A stretch of DNA of 64,000 nucleotides from Naegleria gruberi (Eukaryota), in NCBI GenBank assembly GCA_000004985.1, contig GG738900.1. One strand, given 5' to 3'. The notes under the pieces were generated by a model that did no database searches, was not told the origin of the DNA, and was given only the letters and a program-made list of their open reading frames with translations. Within the stretch, counting starts at the first letter, position 1; each line of letters begins with the position of its first letter. Positions 22,954 through 34,768 of this stretch are shown in pieces. Both the position numbers and the translations under genes were made by a program.

Positions 22954-24055
22954 ATGATTCGAGGAACAAAGAAGATTTTTAAACAAGCCAGTAACAAGAT
23001 TAAATTCTGGTTTCAAGGAAAGACTTTGGACAATTATTTCACCCTGAAAAATCCTCATCATCATGATCAGATTAATGAAATCGAAAGATCAACTGAAGGA
23101 AACACCAAATATTGGATCCAAATTACCTTGTACTATCTGTTGGAGTATTTAATTCCCTTGCTTTGTTTAGCACTCATATTTTCAGTTCTATTTTCTGGAA
23201 TTCCCACTTATTCAGTGCCTTACTTTAGCTTGGACGATCCTGAATTGAGTTATCCAATTATTTTCAACTCGAGTGGTGGAGTTTATGATAATTTGCCACT
23301 GTGGTTTGTTGCTGTGGTGTTAGTGTTTGCAATTCCAGTGTGTACATTTGTGCTTTTTCACTTGTTATTTATGAGGAACTTACCAGACTTTCATCACGCC
23401 ATACTTGGATATATTCAAACTATAGCTCTTGCTATGGCAATGGTGGCATTTGGATGGCTTTGTTACGGATCATACAGACCTACATTTTTACAGGAATGTC
23501 AACCAGACACTTCCAAAAGTGAATCAACAATATCAGACAAGGCACCTCTCCAAAAATTCGTAAATATTCTCAAGTATTTTAAACCGAATCAGATATGCAA
23601 AGATCCTTCCAGATTCACACTTGGTTCACCTTCTGCAACTCCTGGTTTTCCCTCAGGACATATTGCCTCAGTAATGTCTGTTTGGGTCTTCTTTCTATTA
23701 TATTATGCAGCCAAAGCAAATGTAAGTTTCATTTTCAAAATATATATAGTGACCTTTATTAAAGACATGGAACAGAAGAAGAGGACAATTCTTCAAAGTC
23801 ATCCTATTCTTCCTCCTATTTCTGGTACCAGTTTGGGTGGGTATGACGAGAATTGTAACGAATAGACATACTGTAGCTCAGGTCATTGTTGGTGCCTTAA
23901 TTGGCATTTTTTCTGCACTATTAGTTTACAGATACAAGTATTGCTCACTATTTGGTGTTGATGCCAAAACTCCAAATTACTATTTGTGGTATAAATTGTA
24001 TCCTCAAAAGAATCCACAAGTTGAAACTTCCCTCCATCCAAATACCATTCCATAA
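22954..24055 (+). CDS. PAP2-family lipid phosphate phosphatase, 2 exons (22954..23721, 23765..24055; intron 43 nt)
   Basis: Six TM segments. Motifs KxxxxxxRP-like (YGSYRPT), PSGH (FPSGHIAS) and SRx5Hx3D-like (TRIVTNRHTVAQ). GTAAGT donor at 23722. Confidence 0.55.
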
Positions 24056-24147
24056 GATGATGAAAATCCAATAGAAGGATAATTAGGATTATTTATTTCT
24101 ATACTTATTTACAATTAAAATGATAAACTTTGGTCAACTAACTTGGT

Positions 24148-25272
24148 TTAGAAACATTTTCTGCGAACAATTACACAGCCAGCTTCTTCATATTCCTCTG
24201 CTGTTATCCACATGGGTTGAAAGGTAGATAATGAGGATAGAATACTACCACCAATCCAAACAGAATATTTTCTTTCAGGTGGAGCAACAACTTTAATCCT
24301 CGTTGAGGCTGGAGCCATAGCTGCCAATTCCTTATTCATTCTCTCATCAATTCCTCCAAACATGGTTGTACCGCCTGAAAGTACAACATTGACATATAAA
24401 TCCTTTCTAATATCAATATCACATTTTCCAATGGAATTGAAAGTTGTTTCGTGAATACCAGCAGCTTCCATTCCAATAAATTTTGGTTGGAATAATACTT
24501 CTGGACATCTAAATCTCTCGTTACCAACTGTGATAACGTTACCATCTGGTAATTCATAAGAGGCTTCAATGGATGAGCTATCAGATGCTTTCTTCATTTC
24601 AGTTTCAAAATCAAAGGCAACATAACAAAGTTTTTCCTTAATATCTCTGACAATTTCACATTCAGCACTGGTGTTGAAACTGTATCCACGTTCCATCAAG
24701 ATTTTCATCAAGTAATCAGTCAAATCACGACCTGCTAAATCCAATCTCAAAATGGCCTGAGGCAAAGCATAACCTTCATCGATTGGAACAGTATGTGAAA
24801 CACCATCACCTGAATCCAATACAATACCAGTACTTCTACCAGAAGCATACAAGGACAATACAGCTTGAATGGCCACATACATGGCTGGAACTCTAAAGGT
24901 TTCGAACATGATTTGAGTCATCTTCTCACGATTTGCCTTTGGATTCAAAGGAGCTTCAGTCAATAAGACACCATGCTCTTCAGGTCCAACTCTCAATTCA
25001 TTATAGAATGTATGATGCCAAATCTTTTCAATATCATCCCAGTTGGTAATGATTCCATGCTCAATTGGATATTTCAGAGTGATAGTACCCTTCTTGGACA
25101 TGGCTTCATCTCCGACATAGGCATCCTTGTACCTAACACCAACCATAATTGACCTTTGTTTGGGTCTACCAATCAATGATGGGAAAACAGCACGAGGAGC
25201 ATCTTCACCTGCGAAACCTGCTTTACACATTCCAGAACCATTGTCAATAACGAGAGGTCGATGTTCTTCCAT
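24148..25272 (-). CDS. Actin (divergent paralogue, 375 aa)
   Basis: [26 protein letters not shown]…[14 protein letters not shown]…LSGGTTMF…[13 protein letters not shown]. Roughly 80% identity to canonical actin by eye. Confidence 0.9.
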   Translation of the reverse strand: MEEHRPLVIDNGSGMCKAGFAGEDAPRAVFPSLIGRPKQRSIMVGVRYKDAYVGDEAMSKKGTITLKYPIEHGIITNWDDIEKIWHHTFYNELRVGPEEHGVLLTEAPLNPKANREKMTQIMFETFRVPAMYVAIQAVLSLYASGRSTGIVLDSGDGVSHTVPIDEGYALPQAILRLDLAGRDLTDYLMKILMERGYSFNTSAECEIVRDIKEKLCYVAFDFETEMKKASDSSSIEASYELPDGNVITVGNERFRCPEVLFQPKFIGMEAAGIHETTFNSIGKCDIDIRKDLYVNVVLSGGTTMFGGIDERMNKELAAMAPASTRIKVVAPPERKYSVWIGGSILSSLSTFQPMWITAEEYEEAGCVIVRRKCF

Positions 25273-25513
25273 TTTGTTTGCAGTATAAACTTGTTTTTGA
25301 GTCTTTTTATATATTGTTTGTGAAAATATCTCAATTGTAAGCTCTGGATTTAGTTTGTCTTCAAATACTAAACCATTGTTCACTGTTCCTTGTCCTCAAC
25401 TTTGAATTACAGTAAAATATTACATCTCATTCTGTTTTAATCTTTATAATTTTCACAGATACATTATTCATGAAGAAGAAAATCAAAGTTTGAATAAGAA
25501 AATCAAAGTTTAA

Positions 25514-26068
25514 TTAAAAGAAAGCAGCAAGAATTAAACCAATCAAAACAGTCAAAGCACTAATTGACAAATTAGCAGCTCCATTACATTGAAGTGAAAT
25601 ACCAAATAAACAACTAGCAGTTTCAATAGGTTGTGATTCTTGAACAGTTGCACAATTCTTATCAGCATATTGAACCCTTTGACTACATCCAATATATTTA
25701 ACAGAACCATAGGTTTGATTATTGACAGGAATACATGTATTGAGAGCAAATGATGATGCAGTAGTAGTAGCTTGCTTACAAGAAATATCAGAATAAGTAG
25801 TAATCATATAATATCCATTACTTGGTGAAGTTGGAATGGAATTGATACATTCAGTTTTAACACTGTATCCTTCAACACCATTGGAAGCACCTAAACATCC
25901 AGTTGTTGCACAAATACCAATAGCAAGTGTATAAATATTGGCAACATTTTGGGAGGAGGAACAAGTAGTACCACGATAAGTGGCATATGATTGGACAGAT
26001 TGACCTTGTGTGAAACAAATGAGAGCAAGCATAACAGCTGCAATGAGAAGGAATTGACGGTTCATCAT
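25514..26068 (-). CDS. Secreted Cys-rich surface protein with probable GPI anchor (ponticulin-like)
   Basis: N-terminal signal peptide. About 12 Cys. C-terminal hydrophobic tail after a small-residue omega-like site (NGAANLS…). Confidence 0.45.
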   Translation of the reverse strand: MMNRQFLLIAAVMLALICFTQGQSVQSYATYRGTTCSSSQNVANIYTLAIGICATTGCLGASNGVEGYSVKTECINSIPTSPSNGYYMITTYSDISCKQATTTASSFALNTCIPVNNQTYGSVKYIGCSQRVQYADKNCATVQESQPIETASCLFGISLQCNGAANLSISALTVLIGLILAAFF

Positions 26069-26763
26069 TATTGTTATCTAGACGTTTTTTTTAACGAGTG
26101 TGTGAAATCTAGTTGAAATCTTGCAAGCTTTATTTCCTTGTGATTGGTGTGACATTTCTAAATGTTTACTAAATAGCATCAAATGTCGATATGGTTGATA
26201 CATTGTAAAAAAGTATGAAACACCTCTTACGCATAGCGGGATTATAATTGTAGACTATTTATTCCCCTCTTTTTACAATTATGAAAGATTTTATTGACTT
26301 CTAGATAAAATTTGTTTCCTCAATAGAAATCACAATAAAACAGAAATCCTAACAATACAAATTTTTTTAAATCAAATATCCAAAAATTGATTAGCCTTAA
26401 CAATACTATTCATCTCAAAAATAGAAGACACATATTTCTGAGGCCAAACGATCCAAAATACTTGTTGTGGACTATTCTAATTAGCTCTACACCTCAATAC
26501 TTGAAATGCATTGTGTTAACATGTTTTTCACTTAGATAGGTTAGCCAGTGAAGTGTTGGGAATGATAGTCAACTACATCTGGTTCAAAAACATCAATGTT
26601 TATTCATGTATTCTTATCCATTCACTTCAATACAGAGCCAATATTTCACGTCACTTATCAACATCACATCCAAAAATTATCGATCAAAAAAATAACCATC
26701 ACATCTCTGCCTTCATCAAGTACACACTTTTTTAACAACAACAGTAGCAAACAAAAGTAAATA

Positions 26764-28875
26764 ATGAATCAAATAGAAGCAGGGTTAGAACCAAGTACCT
26801 CATCAAATCTTGGACCAAAAGGAATTGAACGTTTAGAAACAGATTTTACCGAAATTAAACGAATCACTGATCCATCACAAATTCGTGAAAGAAGAGAAAA
26901 AGAAGGTAAAGAACAAGAACGTTTATCAAAATTTGAACTCTCCTTTCAACTTCAACCATTTTATGGTAATGAAATTCCTGAAGATCACCTGATTCAAATA
27001 ATTGTTGCTGAATATAATTATAGTTTAAAGAAATATTCAATTATTGGAACAACAGAATGTATGAAACAAATTTATTGTGAGAATAAGGAGGAACGTATCA
27101 TGTTGGGTGATTATAATTTTGTTAAACCAATTTCTAGAACTTTTCAATTTGGTTGCGTTCAGAAAATGAAAATTTTCATTCGTTTTGTTTCACCTAAAGA
27201 TGCAAAACAATTAACTTCACAATCACAATCATTTTCACAAAGTTTTTACAAGTACAATAATCAAATGGGTTCATCACATAATGTACTAGTTGAAAATGAT
27301 GAATCAGAATCTTCAAGTAATTTATTTGGAATTCCAAATCAAAAATATGAACTAGTAGAAGAATCTGATGCAAGAATTGTAATGGAATCTGATGAATTTA
27401 CCATTGCTGATTTATTAATGACAGTTCCACACACTGGAATGTCAACTCGTGAAATGATGGATTTTAGAACTCATGCTCGTGTTATTCAATTCTCTAAACT
27501 TCATAATAATTTTATAATTGATAAGAAGAAATCCGATGTTTCATTGGATTCAAAACTTCCACGTGTTATTGTTTCATTGATAACACCAGCTCCTCGTGAA
27601 CATATTGTTGAGAGAGAAACAACTGAATCTGGTACTCAAATTATTTTGAAGAATATTTCTGAATATGGTGAAGTTGAATCAAAGAGAATGTCAATTACTC
27701 TTCGTCTTCAAATTAGAGATGCTCCAATTCTTGATAGATTCTCTTCAAGTTGTTCTCCTTATTTTATTGTTTATAAGGATGGTGTTAAATTTAAACAAAG
27801 ATTATACACAAGTGAAATTAAGAAGAAATCTCCAAATTCTACCTATAGAGTTTTCTCATTTGGTTTGGAAGGTGAAAGATCTCTCGATAAGTCCATGTTA
27901 ATTGAATGGTGGCATTTTAATGAGTTTGGAAAGAATGAATTCATTGGTATTGTTCGTACTGATATTTTAGATATGAGAGAACATCAAACTTGTGAATTTA
28001 AAATTGTTAACCCAGATACTCCAAATGCTTTCCGTGGTACAATGCATGTTTTGAAATATGAAGAAAGAATTTGGATGATTGAGGATGTTAATCAAAAATT
28101 CAAATCTAAAAAGACTGGTGAAATGAAAATTCAATCCTATCGCTTATTTAAGAATGATTTCTCAATTATGAATTATTTGGGTTATTATGAAATGAGATTG
28201 TGTTTTGGTATTGATTTAACCTCAACAAATGGTATTCAACCAACTTCAAACAAGCGTTCTCTCCATTACATTGGTGCTACGAGTGAAGAGAGAAAATCTC
28301 CAAATCCACTCAATCCATATGAGAAATGTATGGTTGGTATTATGCGTGCAGTTTATCAATATGGTTATCAACGCGAAATGAAAATGTATGGTTTTGGTGC
28401 TCTAGCTCCAAATGTTGTCTTTGAAATGCAAGAGAAGAAACGTGTTGCTCGTGAATCAGGCATTCGTGATGAAAAGACCATGCTCCACACCTATCGTAGA
28501 ACTGTAAAGAAGGTTCTCTTGGGATTGGAAAATAATTTTACCAAAATTATTGCTGAAGTTGCTGCTTTTGCTGAACGTTTGAATCACTACTTTATCTGCG
28601 TTATTATTACAGATGGTGATGAAGGTATCAATAGAAAGTTAACATTACAACTCTTGAAACAATCACAACTCTGTGGTGTTTCGTTTGTATTTGTTGGAGT
28701 TGGTAACAAGTCTCTATTCAAGAATTTGATGAGCTTCCAAACCAATTGTCGTAACGTAACTTTTGTCAAGTATAATGATAATATGGAATTGAATGCCATG
28801 AATGCTCTCAGAGAAGTTCAACAACATGCCAGAGAATATTTGGCACAAAGAAAAATTGTACCAGAAGAGTACTAA
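26764..28875 (+). CDS. Copine-family protein (C2 domain plus vWA-like A domain)
   Basis: Copine A-domain signatures SLHYIG…MYGFGA and IITDGDEG…VGVG. C2-like region upstream. Confidence 0.65.
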   Translation: MNQIEAGLEPSTSSNLGPKGIERLETDFTEIKRITDPSQIRERREKEGKEQERLSKFELSFQLQPFYGNEIPEDHLIQIIVAEYNYSLKKYSIIGTTECMKQIYCENKEERIMLGDYNFVKPISRTFQFGCVQKMKIFIRFVSPKDAKQLTSQSQSFSQSFYKYNNQMGSSHNVLVENDESESSSNLFGIPNQKYELVEESDARIVMESDEFTIADLLMTVPHTGMSTREMMDFRTHARVIQFSKLHNNFIIDKKKSDVSLDSKLPRVIVSLITPAPREHIVERETTESGTQIILKNISEYGEVESKRMSITLRLQIRDAPILDRFSSSCSPYFIVYKDGVKFKQRLYTSEIKKKSPNSTYRVFSFGLEGERSLDKSMLIEWWHFNEFGKNEFIGIVRTDILDMREHQTCEFKIVNPDTPNAFRGTMHVLKYEERIWMIEDVNQKFKSKKTGEMKIQSYRLFKNDFSIMNYLGYYEMRLCFGIDLTSTNGIQPTSNKRSLHYIGATSEERKSPNPLNPYEKCMVGIMRAVYQYGYQREMKMYGFGALAPNVVFEMQEKKRVARESGIRDEKTMLHTYRRTVKKVLLGLENNFTKIIAEVAAFAERLNHYFICVIITDGDEGINRKLTLQLLKQSQLCGVSFVFVGVGNKSLFKNLMSFQTNCRNVTFVKYNDNMELNAMNALREVQQHAREYLAQRKIVPEEY

Positions 28876-28932
28876 ATCCTCAATATCAATATCACCAATA
28901 AAATCATTTGTCTTGTGAAAGCTCATCTCTGG

Positions 28933-29823
28933 CTACTCTTTCAATTTGCCCTTGGTTAAATCTTGATTTTCTTCTTCAATATTTTGAACTCTGTGAATTT
29001 GATTGATAATTCTGGAGGCCAGTTGTGGAGAGGCTTTATGCAAAACATATTCGAAAATTCTGTGAGTTTCTTTAAGTGTTGTAATTCTTTCCTTTTGTTT
29101 TTCAATTGTTGTTTGTTGATCCTTAATTTGATTTTCATATTTTGAAATTGTTTCATTGAGTTGTGCAATTTCACCATCTTTCTTCTCCATATCATGCTTT
29201 AAATTTTCAACATTTTTCTGTGTATCTTGTAATGCTTGTTCCAAATTTTGAATTCTATTCCTACAGGTATCAATAGTTTTTTCGCATATTTGAATTTCTT
29301 CAGTTGCCAAATTCAAATTTCTTGATTGTACCAAATATTGAGCCTCAAAATGTTCTTTCTGTTTACTTAATTCGATGTTATGCCTTGAAGCAGCTCTTGA
29401 TATTTCAATTTCATTGTTTAATCTTTCCGAAGCAATATGTAAATCATGTTGTCTTTGTCTTGAAATATGTTCCAATTGATAAATTCTCTCATTCATCATT
29501 GATTGTGTTTTTGATTCAAAAATAGATGAAACTCCATAACTGAACAAAGCTCCAACAATGAATGATAATACTCCAGTGGCTCCAATCACATTTATATGTT
29601 TCAAACACCATGGTTGATCGGATTTTTCATCATTTGACTGAATTGATCCTTCCTCTCCATTATTTTTCTCTCCATTAATTTCCTCTAAATTATTCTCTCC
29701 ATTATTTTCAATAATATTTTCATTGGTTGTATCTTCTTCCTTCAAATTTCCATCACTTGTACCTTCTCCGAATGAAGAAACATCTTCAAAGCCTAAAGAT
29801 GACGACAAGGAATCGTCAGCCAT
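28933..29823 (-). CDS. Type II membrane coiled-coil protein (hypothetical)
   Basis: Acidic N-terminus, single TM (VIGATGVLSFIVGALFSYGV), long heptad-rich C-terminus. Confidence 0.4.
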   Translation of the reverse strand: MADDSLSSSLGFEDVSSFGEGTSDGNLKEEDTTNENIIENNGENNLEEINGEKNNGEEGSIQSNDEKSDQPWCLKHINVIGATGVLSFIVGALFSYGVSSIFESKTQSMMNERIYQLEHISRQRQHDLHIASERLNNEIEISRAASRHNIELSKQKEHFEAQYLVQSRNLNLATEEIQICEKTIDTCRNRIQNLEQALQDTQKNVENLKHDMEKKDGEIAQLNETISKYENQIKDQQTTIEKQKERITTLKETHRIFEYVLHKASPQLASRIINQIHRVQNIEEENQDLTKGKLKE

Positions 29824-29945
29824 TTTTTATTAATTTTAAATTTAAAAAAAATACATAAAAAAGCCTTTTGATTTCAGCTTGTTGATTTTAATATCATCAT
29901 ATAATGTATTATTGATGATTTCTATCGGATGAGAGTGAAATTAAT

Positions 29946-31256
29946 ATGACAAATCAATTTACCAATTGGATAAATTCTAGTCAATTAAATTATGTAATTA
30001 AAATTATAAAGTGGATATTTAATTTCTTGAATGGATTGTTGAATGGTGTACAATGGAATTTTATTACGTACAAACAACAGAAAGAGGAATATAGGAAAAT
30101 TAAGGAGCATAACAAATCAAATATTATTGATTTTGGGTTGGATCCAAGATGGCAACAAATCAGTGAGAATACATACAAATTTAATTTTGATAGACAAGCA
30201 CTCGATCAAATACGTCAAACTTTTCAAAACACAAATGAAAAATTGAGCTCTATTTCTATTAACCAATTGATTGCAGATATTCAACATTTGAGTGGAAAGC
30301 TCAATTTTTCCACAACTGTTCAATCTCAATGGAAATCTTCGAGCAATTTACTAGGAAATCAAAAACAAAGAAAATTGAGACAGATCAAACATGATTTGTA
30401 TATGGCAAAGAGAAGAAATATTTTCAGAGAAAAGGTTTATGAGCAAAAGTATTTCATTTTGAATGGTAAAAAACCTCCACCAAACTCCAGTAATTCACAA
30501 GATGACCTAATGATCCATGTTTATAAAACACAATTAGATAAGGAGAGAAATCAAAAGAAGGAATTTCACATTATTCAAGACTTTGATTTCATTGACCAAT
30601 ATTTTAAGGAAATACTTCAAGATTCCATTGAAATCGAATATGAACAATCTGTGTTTACACAAAAATCCATGCAAGATATTGAACAAGAAAACGAAACACT
30701 CAATCAACTCATTCGTTCATACTTTTTTGATGTCAAGCAAAGAGACGAAGCAATGAGAAGAACCAACAGAGAAATATTCAAAGAACATGAAGATGATCCA
30801 TTCCTATTGGCCTTCCCTGAATTTGATTCACCTTCCTCACGTGAAAACCCTTTCTATGACTCGACAGCAACTCTTTCACCAGCAACCTCTTTCCTACCTA
30901 AACTTTCAACACTCTCAATGAAGACTGAAATAGATAGAGAAAGAAGGAGAAGTCTTTTATTGTCATCCCCTTCTTCATTGAATAATGCCTCCTCTCCAAC
31001 TACTCCTGAGGATGAACGACAAACATCAAGCAACACCAATGCCCCATCATTGTCATCACTTGATGCAATTAGAATAGAGCAAGTTAAAAACATTGAACAT
31101 GAACGTGTTGCTTCTCTCCTCTCAACACTCATGATGAACGATGATAGAATGAAGAGAAATACTTCTTCCTACTATATTCAACAACAAAGTCCCCTCTTGA
31201 GTGAAGAAGGCTTTATGAATCAGGACACTAATGAAAATTATTCGGAAGGAAATTAA
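29946..31256 (+). CDS. Hypothetical protein (436 aa)
   Basis: Long ORF with Ser/Pro-rich C-terminus. No family recognised. Confidence 0.4.
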   Translation: MTNQFTNWINSSQLNYVIKIIKWIFNFLNGLLNGVQWNFITYKQQKEEYRKIKEHNKSNIIDFGLDPRWQQISENTYKFNFDRQALDQIRQTFQNTNEKLSSISINQLIADIQHLSGKLNFSTTVQSQWKSSSNLLGNQKQRKLRQIKHDLYMAKRRNIFREKVYEQKYFILNGKKPPPNSSNSQDDLMIHVYKTQLDKERNQKKEFHIIQDFDFIDQYFKEILQDSIEIEYEQSVFTQKSMQDIEQENETLNQLIRSYFFDVKQRDEAMRRTNREIFKEHEDDPFLLAFPEFDSPSSRENPFYDSTATLSPATSFLPKLSTLSMKTEIDRERRRSLLLSSPSSLNNASSPTTPEDERQTSSNTNAPSLSSLDAIRIEQVKNIEHERVASLLSTLMMNDDRMKRNTSSYYIQQQSPLLSEEGFMNQDTNENYSEGN

Positions 31257-31466
31257 CTTTTATTTTTTAATTTCATTGCTGAACAGCCAAGTACCAATCA
31301 ATCATCATGGTATTTAAATTATTCAACCCAATAGTATCAACAGAATAGCAACACCTAATTACACTAGTGAACATTCATCACATAAATTAAAGAGAATTAG
31401 ATAATAATTAATAAAGAATTAATTAAAAAGCTTCATTTAGAATGTTGTAAACTTGCAGAAAAAAAA

Positions 31467-32831
31467 ATGATGTCCCTCTACAGCGGTAATATCCGTGCCA
31501 ACAACAATAATAAGAACAACAAGAAGGTTTCCTCTCCATTGTTGTCTGTTATTGCTACTCTTCAAAACAAACAAGCCGAATTCCATACAAACAACATTTC
31601 TAGTAATAGTTCTGACCAACCGGACTGGTCTTTCTGGGTCAACAAGGAATCATCTAAACAAGCCGAAAAATCTTCAACATCTCAAAGTCTTTTTGATTTA
31701 ATTTTGAACAAGGACCAACAACCAAAAACACCAGTATCATATGATCGTAATGAAACCTTGGAAAACTTTTTCGCTTCCCAAACCGAGAGTTTACAAGCTG
31801 AACAATTCGAATCACTTGAAAGTGCTTTTGAAGATTTCCAAAATTTAATCCGACCACCAACTAAAAACGATGAATTGAGATATATGTATCCACTCAAGGT
31901 TGGAGAAGAACACTCAGAAATTGAGGAACAAGTTAAGAATGATGTTGCTTTACAATTGGAAGGACTCACTGCTGAAGAAATTGATAAGATTTACTGTGAT
32001 GTCAAATTGGAGAATGATATTTTGAAGCAAAAAGCATTACGTGACAAGAATGTTTCTATTGATGAATTTGCTATTAACACTGATATTGATTCCGAAAGAA
32101 TTGCTTTGGAACAAGCTCGTCGTGCTTTTAGAGCTGTTAAGATTTCTCAAGAAAAATTATCACCTGTTGAAAGAAAGGTAGACCAATTAACAAAATCCTA
32201 CACTTATTATTTACAACAAAAGAAGAGAGAACAATTAAATCAAGAGGAAAAGGATAGAAAAGAACAAATGTATAATGTATTTAAAAAACAAGCCGATACT
32301 AATCCAGAAGCCTTTAACACTTTCGCTCAAACCATTTTGAAAAAGAAGAACATTCCTGTTGATTTTATTCTTGAAAGTTATGTTAGTGGTATTCCAGTCG
32401 AAGAAATTGCTAGACAAATTTTGGCTAAGGAAAATTCACAATTAGCTAAACCAAGTTATGAGATTGACTCTTTTGCTGAAATCAGAAGAGTTGTTCAATC
32501 ATACATTGATGCTAGACAAGAATACTGTCGTGACATTTTGGGTGTAAAGACAGGTAAGAGACATGCTACTGGTGTTACTTTATATGCTGATAGAGCTCTC
32601 GCTAAGGGTGATTCTCTTGGTTTCTTACGTGCTAGATTACTTGCCATTCGTGACCAAGACAGAATTGAAAGAACAATAACAAATCTTCACTCTGGTAACA
32701 CTCTCACTAAGTCTCAAAAGGCTAAACGAAGTGAAAGATCAGGAAGACGTAGATACGAAGGTCAAAAGCTTGATAATACTATGAAAGTTTTCATGTGGGT
32801 AAAGAAGTACAGAAACAGAATTTTGAAATAA
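31467..32831 (+). CDS. Hypothetical protein (454 aa)
   Basis: Long ORF with typical codon usage. No family recognised. Confidence 0.4.
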   Translation: MMSLYSGNIRANNNNKNNKKVSSPLLSVIATLQNKQAEFHTNNISSNSSDQPDWSFWVNKESSKQAEKSSTSQSLFDLILNKDQQPKTPVSYDRNETLENFFASQTESLQAEQFESLESAFEDFQNLIRPPTKNDELRYMYPLKVGEEHSEIEEQVKNDVALQLEGLTAEEIDKIYCDVKLENDILKQKALRDKNVSIDEFAINTDIDSERIALEQARRAFRAVKISQEKLSPVERKVDQLTKSYTYYLQQKKREQLNQEEKDRKEQMYNVFKKQADTNPEAFNTFAQTILKKKNIPVDFILESYVSGIPVEEIARQILAKENSQLAKPSYEIDSFAEIRRVVQSYIDARQEYCRDILGVKTGKRHATGVTLYADRALAKGDSLGFLRARLLAIRDQDRIERTITNLHSGNTLTKSQKAKRSERSGRRRYEGQKLDNTMKVFMWVKKYRNRILK

Positions 32832-32845
32832 ATTATATCAATAAA

Positions 32846-32914
32846 NNNNNNNNNNNNNNNNNNNNNNNNNNNNNNNNNNNNNNNNNNNNNNNNNNNNNNN
32901 NNNNNNNNNNNNNN
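32846..32914. other. Assembly gap (69 N)
   Basis: Run of N. Confidence 0.99.
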
Positions 32915-32999
32915 TGTGTTAAATAACAAAATAATACATTATAGAATTAATGTTAGTAAACTCAATAAAGATTTATAATAATTTATAGTAACATCATGA

Positions 33000-33461
33000 T
33001 TATTGAAGATAATTGGTGATCTTCATCTTCAAGAACATGATCAAAGTGTTATAAGCAATAATGATGAGGAAAATTCCCAATCCGAGGAAAATGTATCGGG
33101 AGCGAGTTGTTGTTGATGGATCAGCTGCCCAATTCAATGAAATAAATCCAAGTCCTCCTATTGTGAATAAGAAACCAGCACTGAATCCTTCAATCACGTA
33201 TTGAGCGTTTAATCTATATTCAAGAACTGCTACTGGTCTAACTCTTCCGTCAGCATCTCTTCTACTACCAATAGATGGAGGTTCATTGATCATATCGTAA
33301 ACAATACCGGAACAAATAACAAAGTATGAAGCAAGAAGAAGAACAAAGACGAGCATCTTTGGAAGACCCTTTTCAAAGATACTTGGTAATTTAAGTTTGA
33401 TATCAGGTGCTCTGAGAGCAGAAGTGTAGATGGCTTTAAAGATTGGGAAGAGTGGATCCAT
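33000..33461 (-). CDS. OSTC: Oligosaccharyltransferase complex subunit OSTC (DC2)
   Basis: Three-TM 153-aa protein. IYDMINEPPSIGS…RPVAVLEYRLNAQYVIEG…FLFTIGGLGFI aligns with metazoan OSTC. Confidence 0.75.
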   Translation of the reverse strand: MDPLFPIFKAIYTSALRAPDIKLKLPSIFEKGLPKMLVFVLLLASYFVICSGIVYDMINEPPSIGSRRDADGRVRPVAVLEYRLNAQYVIEGFSAGFLFTIGGLGFISLNWAADPSTTTRSRYIFLGLGIFLIIIAYNTLIMFLKMKITNYLQ

Positions 33462-34065
33462 TTTTTAAAAATTTTATTCTTTTTTAATAAATATTAATTT
33501 ATTATTCAAGTGGTGATGATCTACAATCGCAAGTATGGTAATTAAAATTGTTTTTATTGAGAAGTAAATCATTATATAACAGCAGTATATCTGGATGATA
33601 TGATGCTTTAACACTTATACAACTTCACAAGGCTTGTTTTATTAAGCCATTATTAAAAAAGTTGTAAATATGTTATCATTGTTTTTCCAAAGAGTTCGCA
33701 AGGGATGAAGGTGTCCAAAAATTATTCATGGGTATTTTCCTATGTCTATTGAATAATTCAATGTTAATGTAATAATCCGATAGAAATAGTTCAATGATGA
33801 TTTCGAGAAATAATTGACGAATTCCGATAATTTATATCGATAACGTAGTGGAACATTAATGCATTAAAGCATGACAAAGATTAATTGATGAATATTTATT
33901 GTTTTTGGCTTTTTTTCATGTTATTCACCAGCTAAAATTTCTTATTGTAAAATCCAGGATAGACTAGTCATCCCAAAAATTTTAAAAATTTTGTTGAAAA
34001 AAAAGTCGAAAAAAGTAAGTTCTCTCACGCCTATCACAGGTCGCTAAACAACATCAACTAAAGAC

Positions 34066-34440
34066 ATGTCTTCTGCAATTGTTAAGAAGGAGCAAACCGC
34101 CCCAGAACAATCCACCAAGGAACCAATCCACAGAATCAGAATCACCTTGACCGCCAAGAACGTCAAGGCCCTCGAAAAGGTCTGTGCTGATTTCGTTAGA
34201 GAAGCCAAGAACAAGAAGGTCAAGAGAGTCAAGGGTCCAGTCAGAATGCCAACTAAGATTTTGAAGATCACCACCAGAAAGTCTCCTTGCGGTGAAGGTA
34301 CTAACACTTGGGACAAGTTCGAAATGAGCGTCCACAAGAGAGTTATTGATTTGCACGCTCCAGCTTCAACTGTTAAGGACATTACTTCCATCTCCATGGA
34401 ACCAAACGTTGAAATTGAAATTACCGTCTGTGACTTGTAA
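34066..34440 (+). CDS. rps20: 40S ribosomal protein S20 (uS10)
   Basis: [25 protein letters not shown]…[42 protein letters not shown]. Strong GC3 and expression codon bias. Confidence 0.9.
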   Translation: MSSAIVKKEQTAPEQSTKEPIHRIRITLTAKNVKALEKVCADFVREAKNKKVKRVKGPVRMPTKILKITTRKSPCGEGTNTWDKFEMSVHKRVIDLHAPASTVKDITSISMEPNVEIEITVCDL

Positions 34441-34768
34441 ACGTCTACAAATAAAAAAATAAAATTATATAAAAATACAATTAAATTATTAATTTGTTAA
34501 TCCATCAAATCATTAGTATAATCATGGGTGTCAAAAAGATTGTATGATGGATCTGGTGTTGAAGATGTTTGTCTATTTTCTTGGTGTTCCACTCATTGCT
34601 AGCAAAACTTTCTCAAGAGAGGCTTGGCGCGTACAGATAAAAATAACAAAAAAAATAGCCTTCCTCTCCCGCCACATTCATCTTGCCTCTTCTTCATCTC
34701 CTAATAGTGATCGAAATTAATACAAATAATTATTTGGACAAATTTAATACATTGATGGAGAAGTTATA

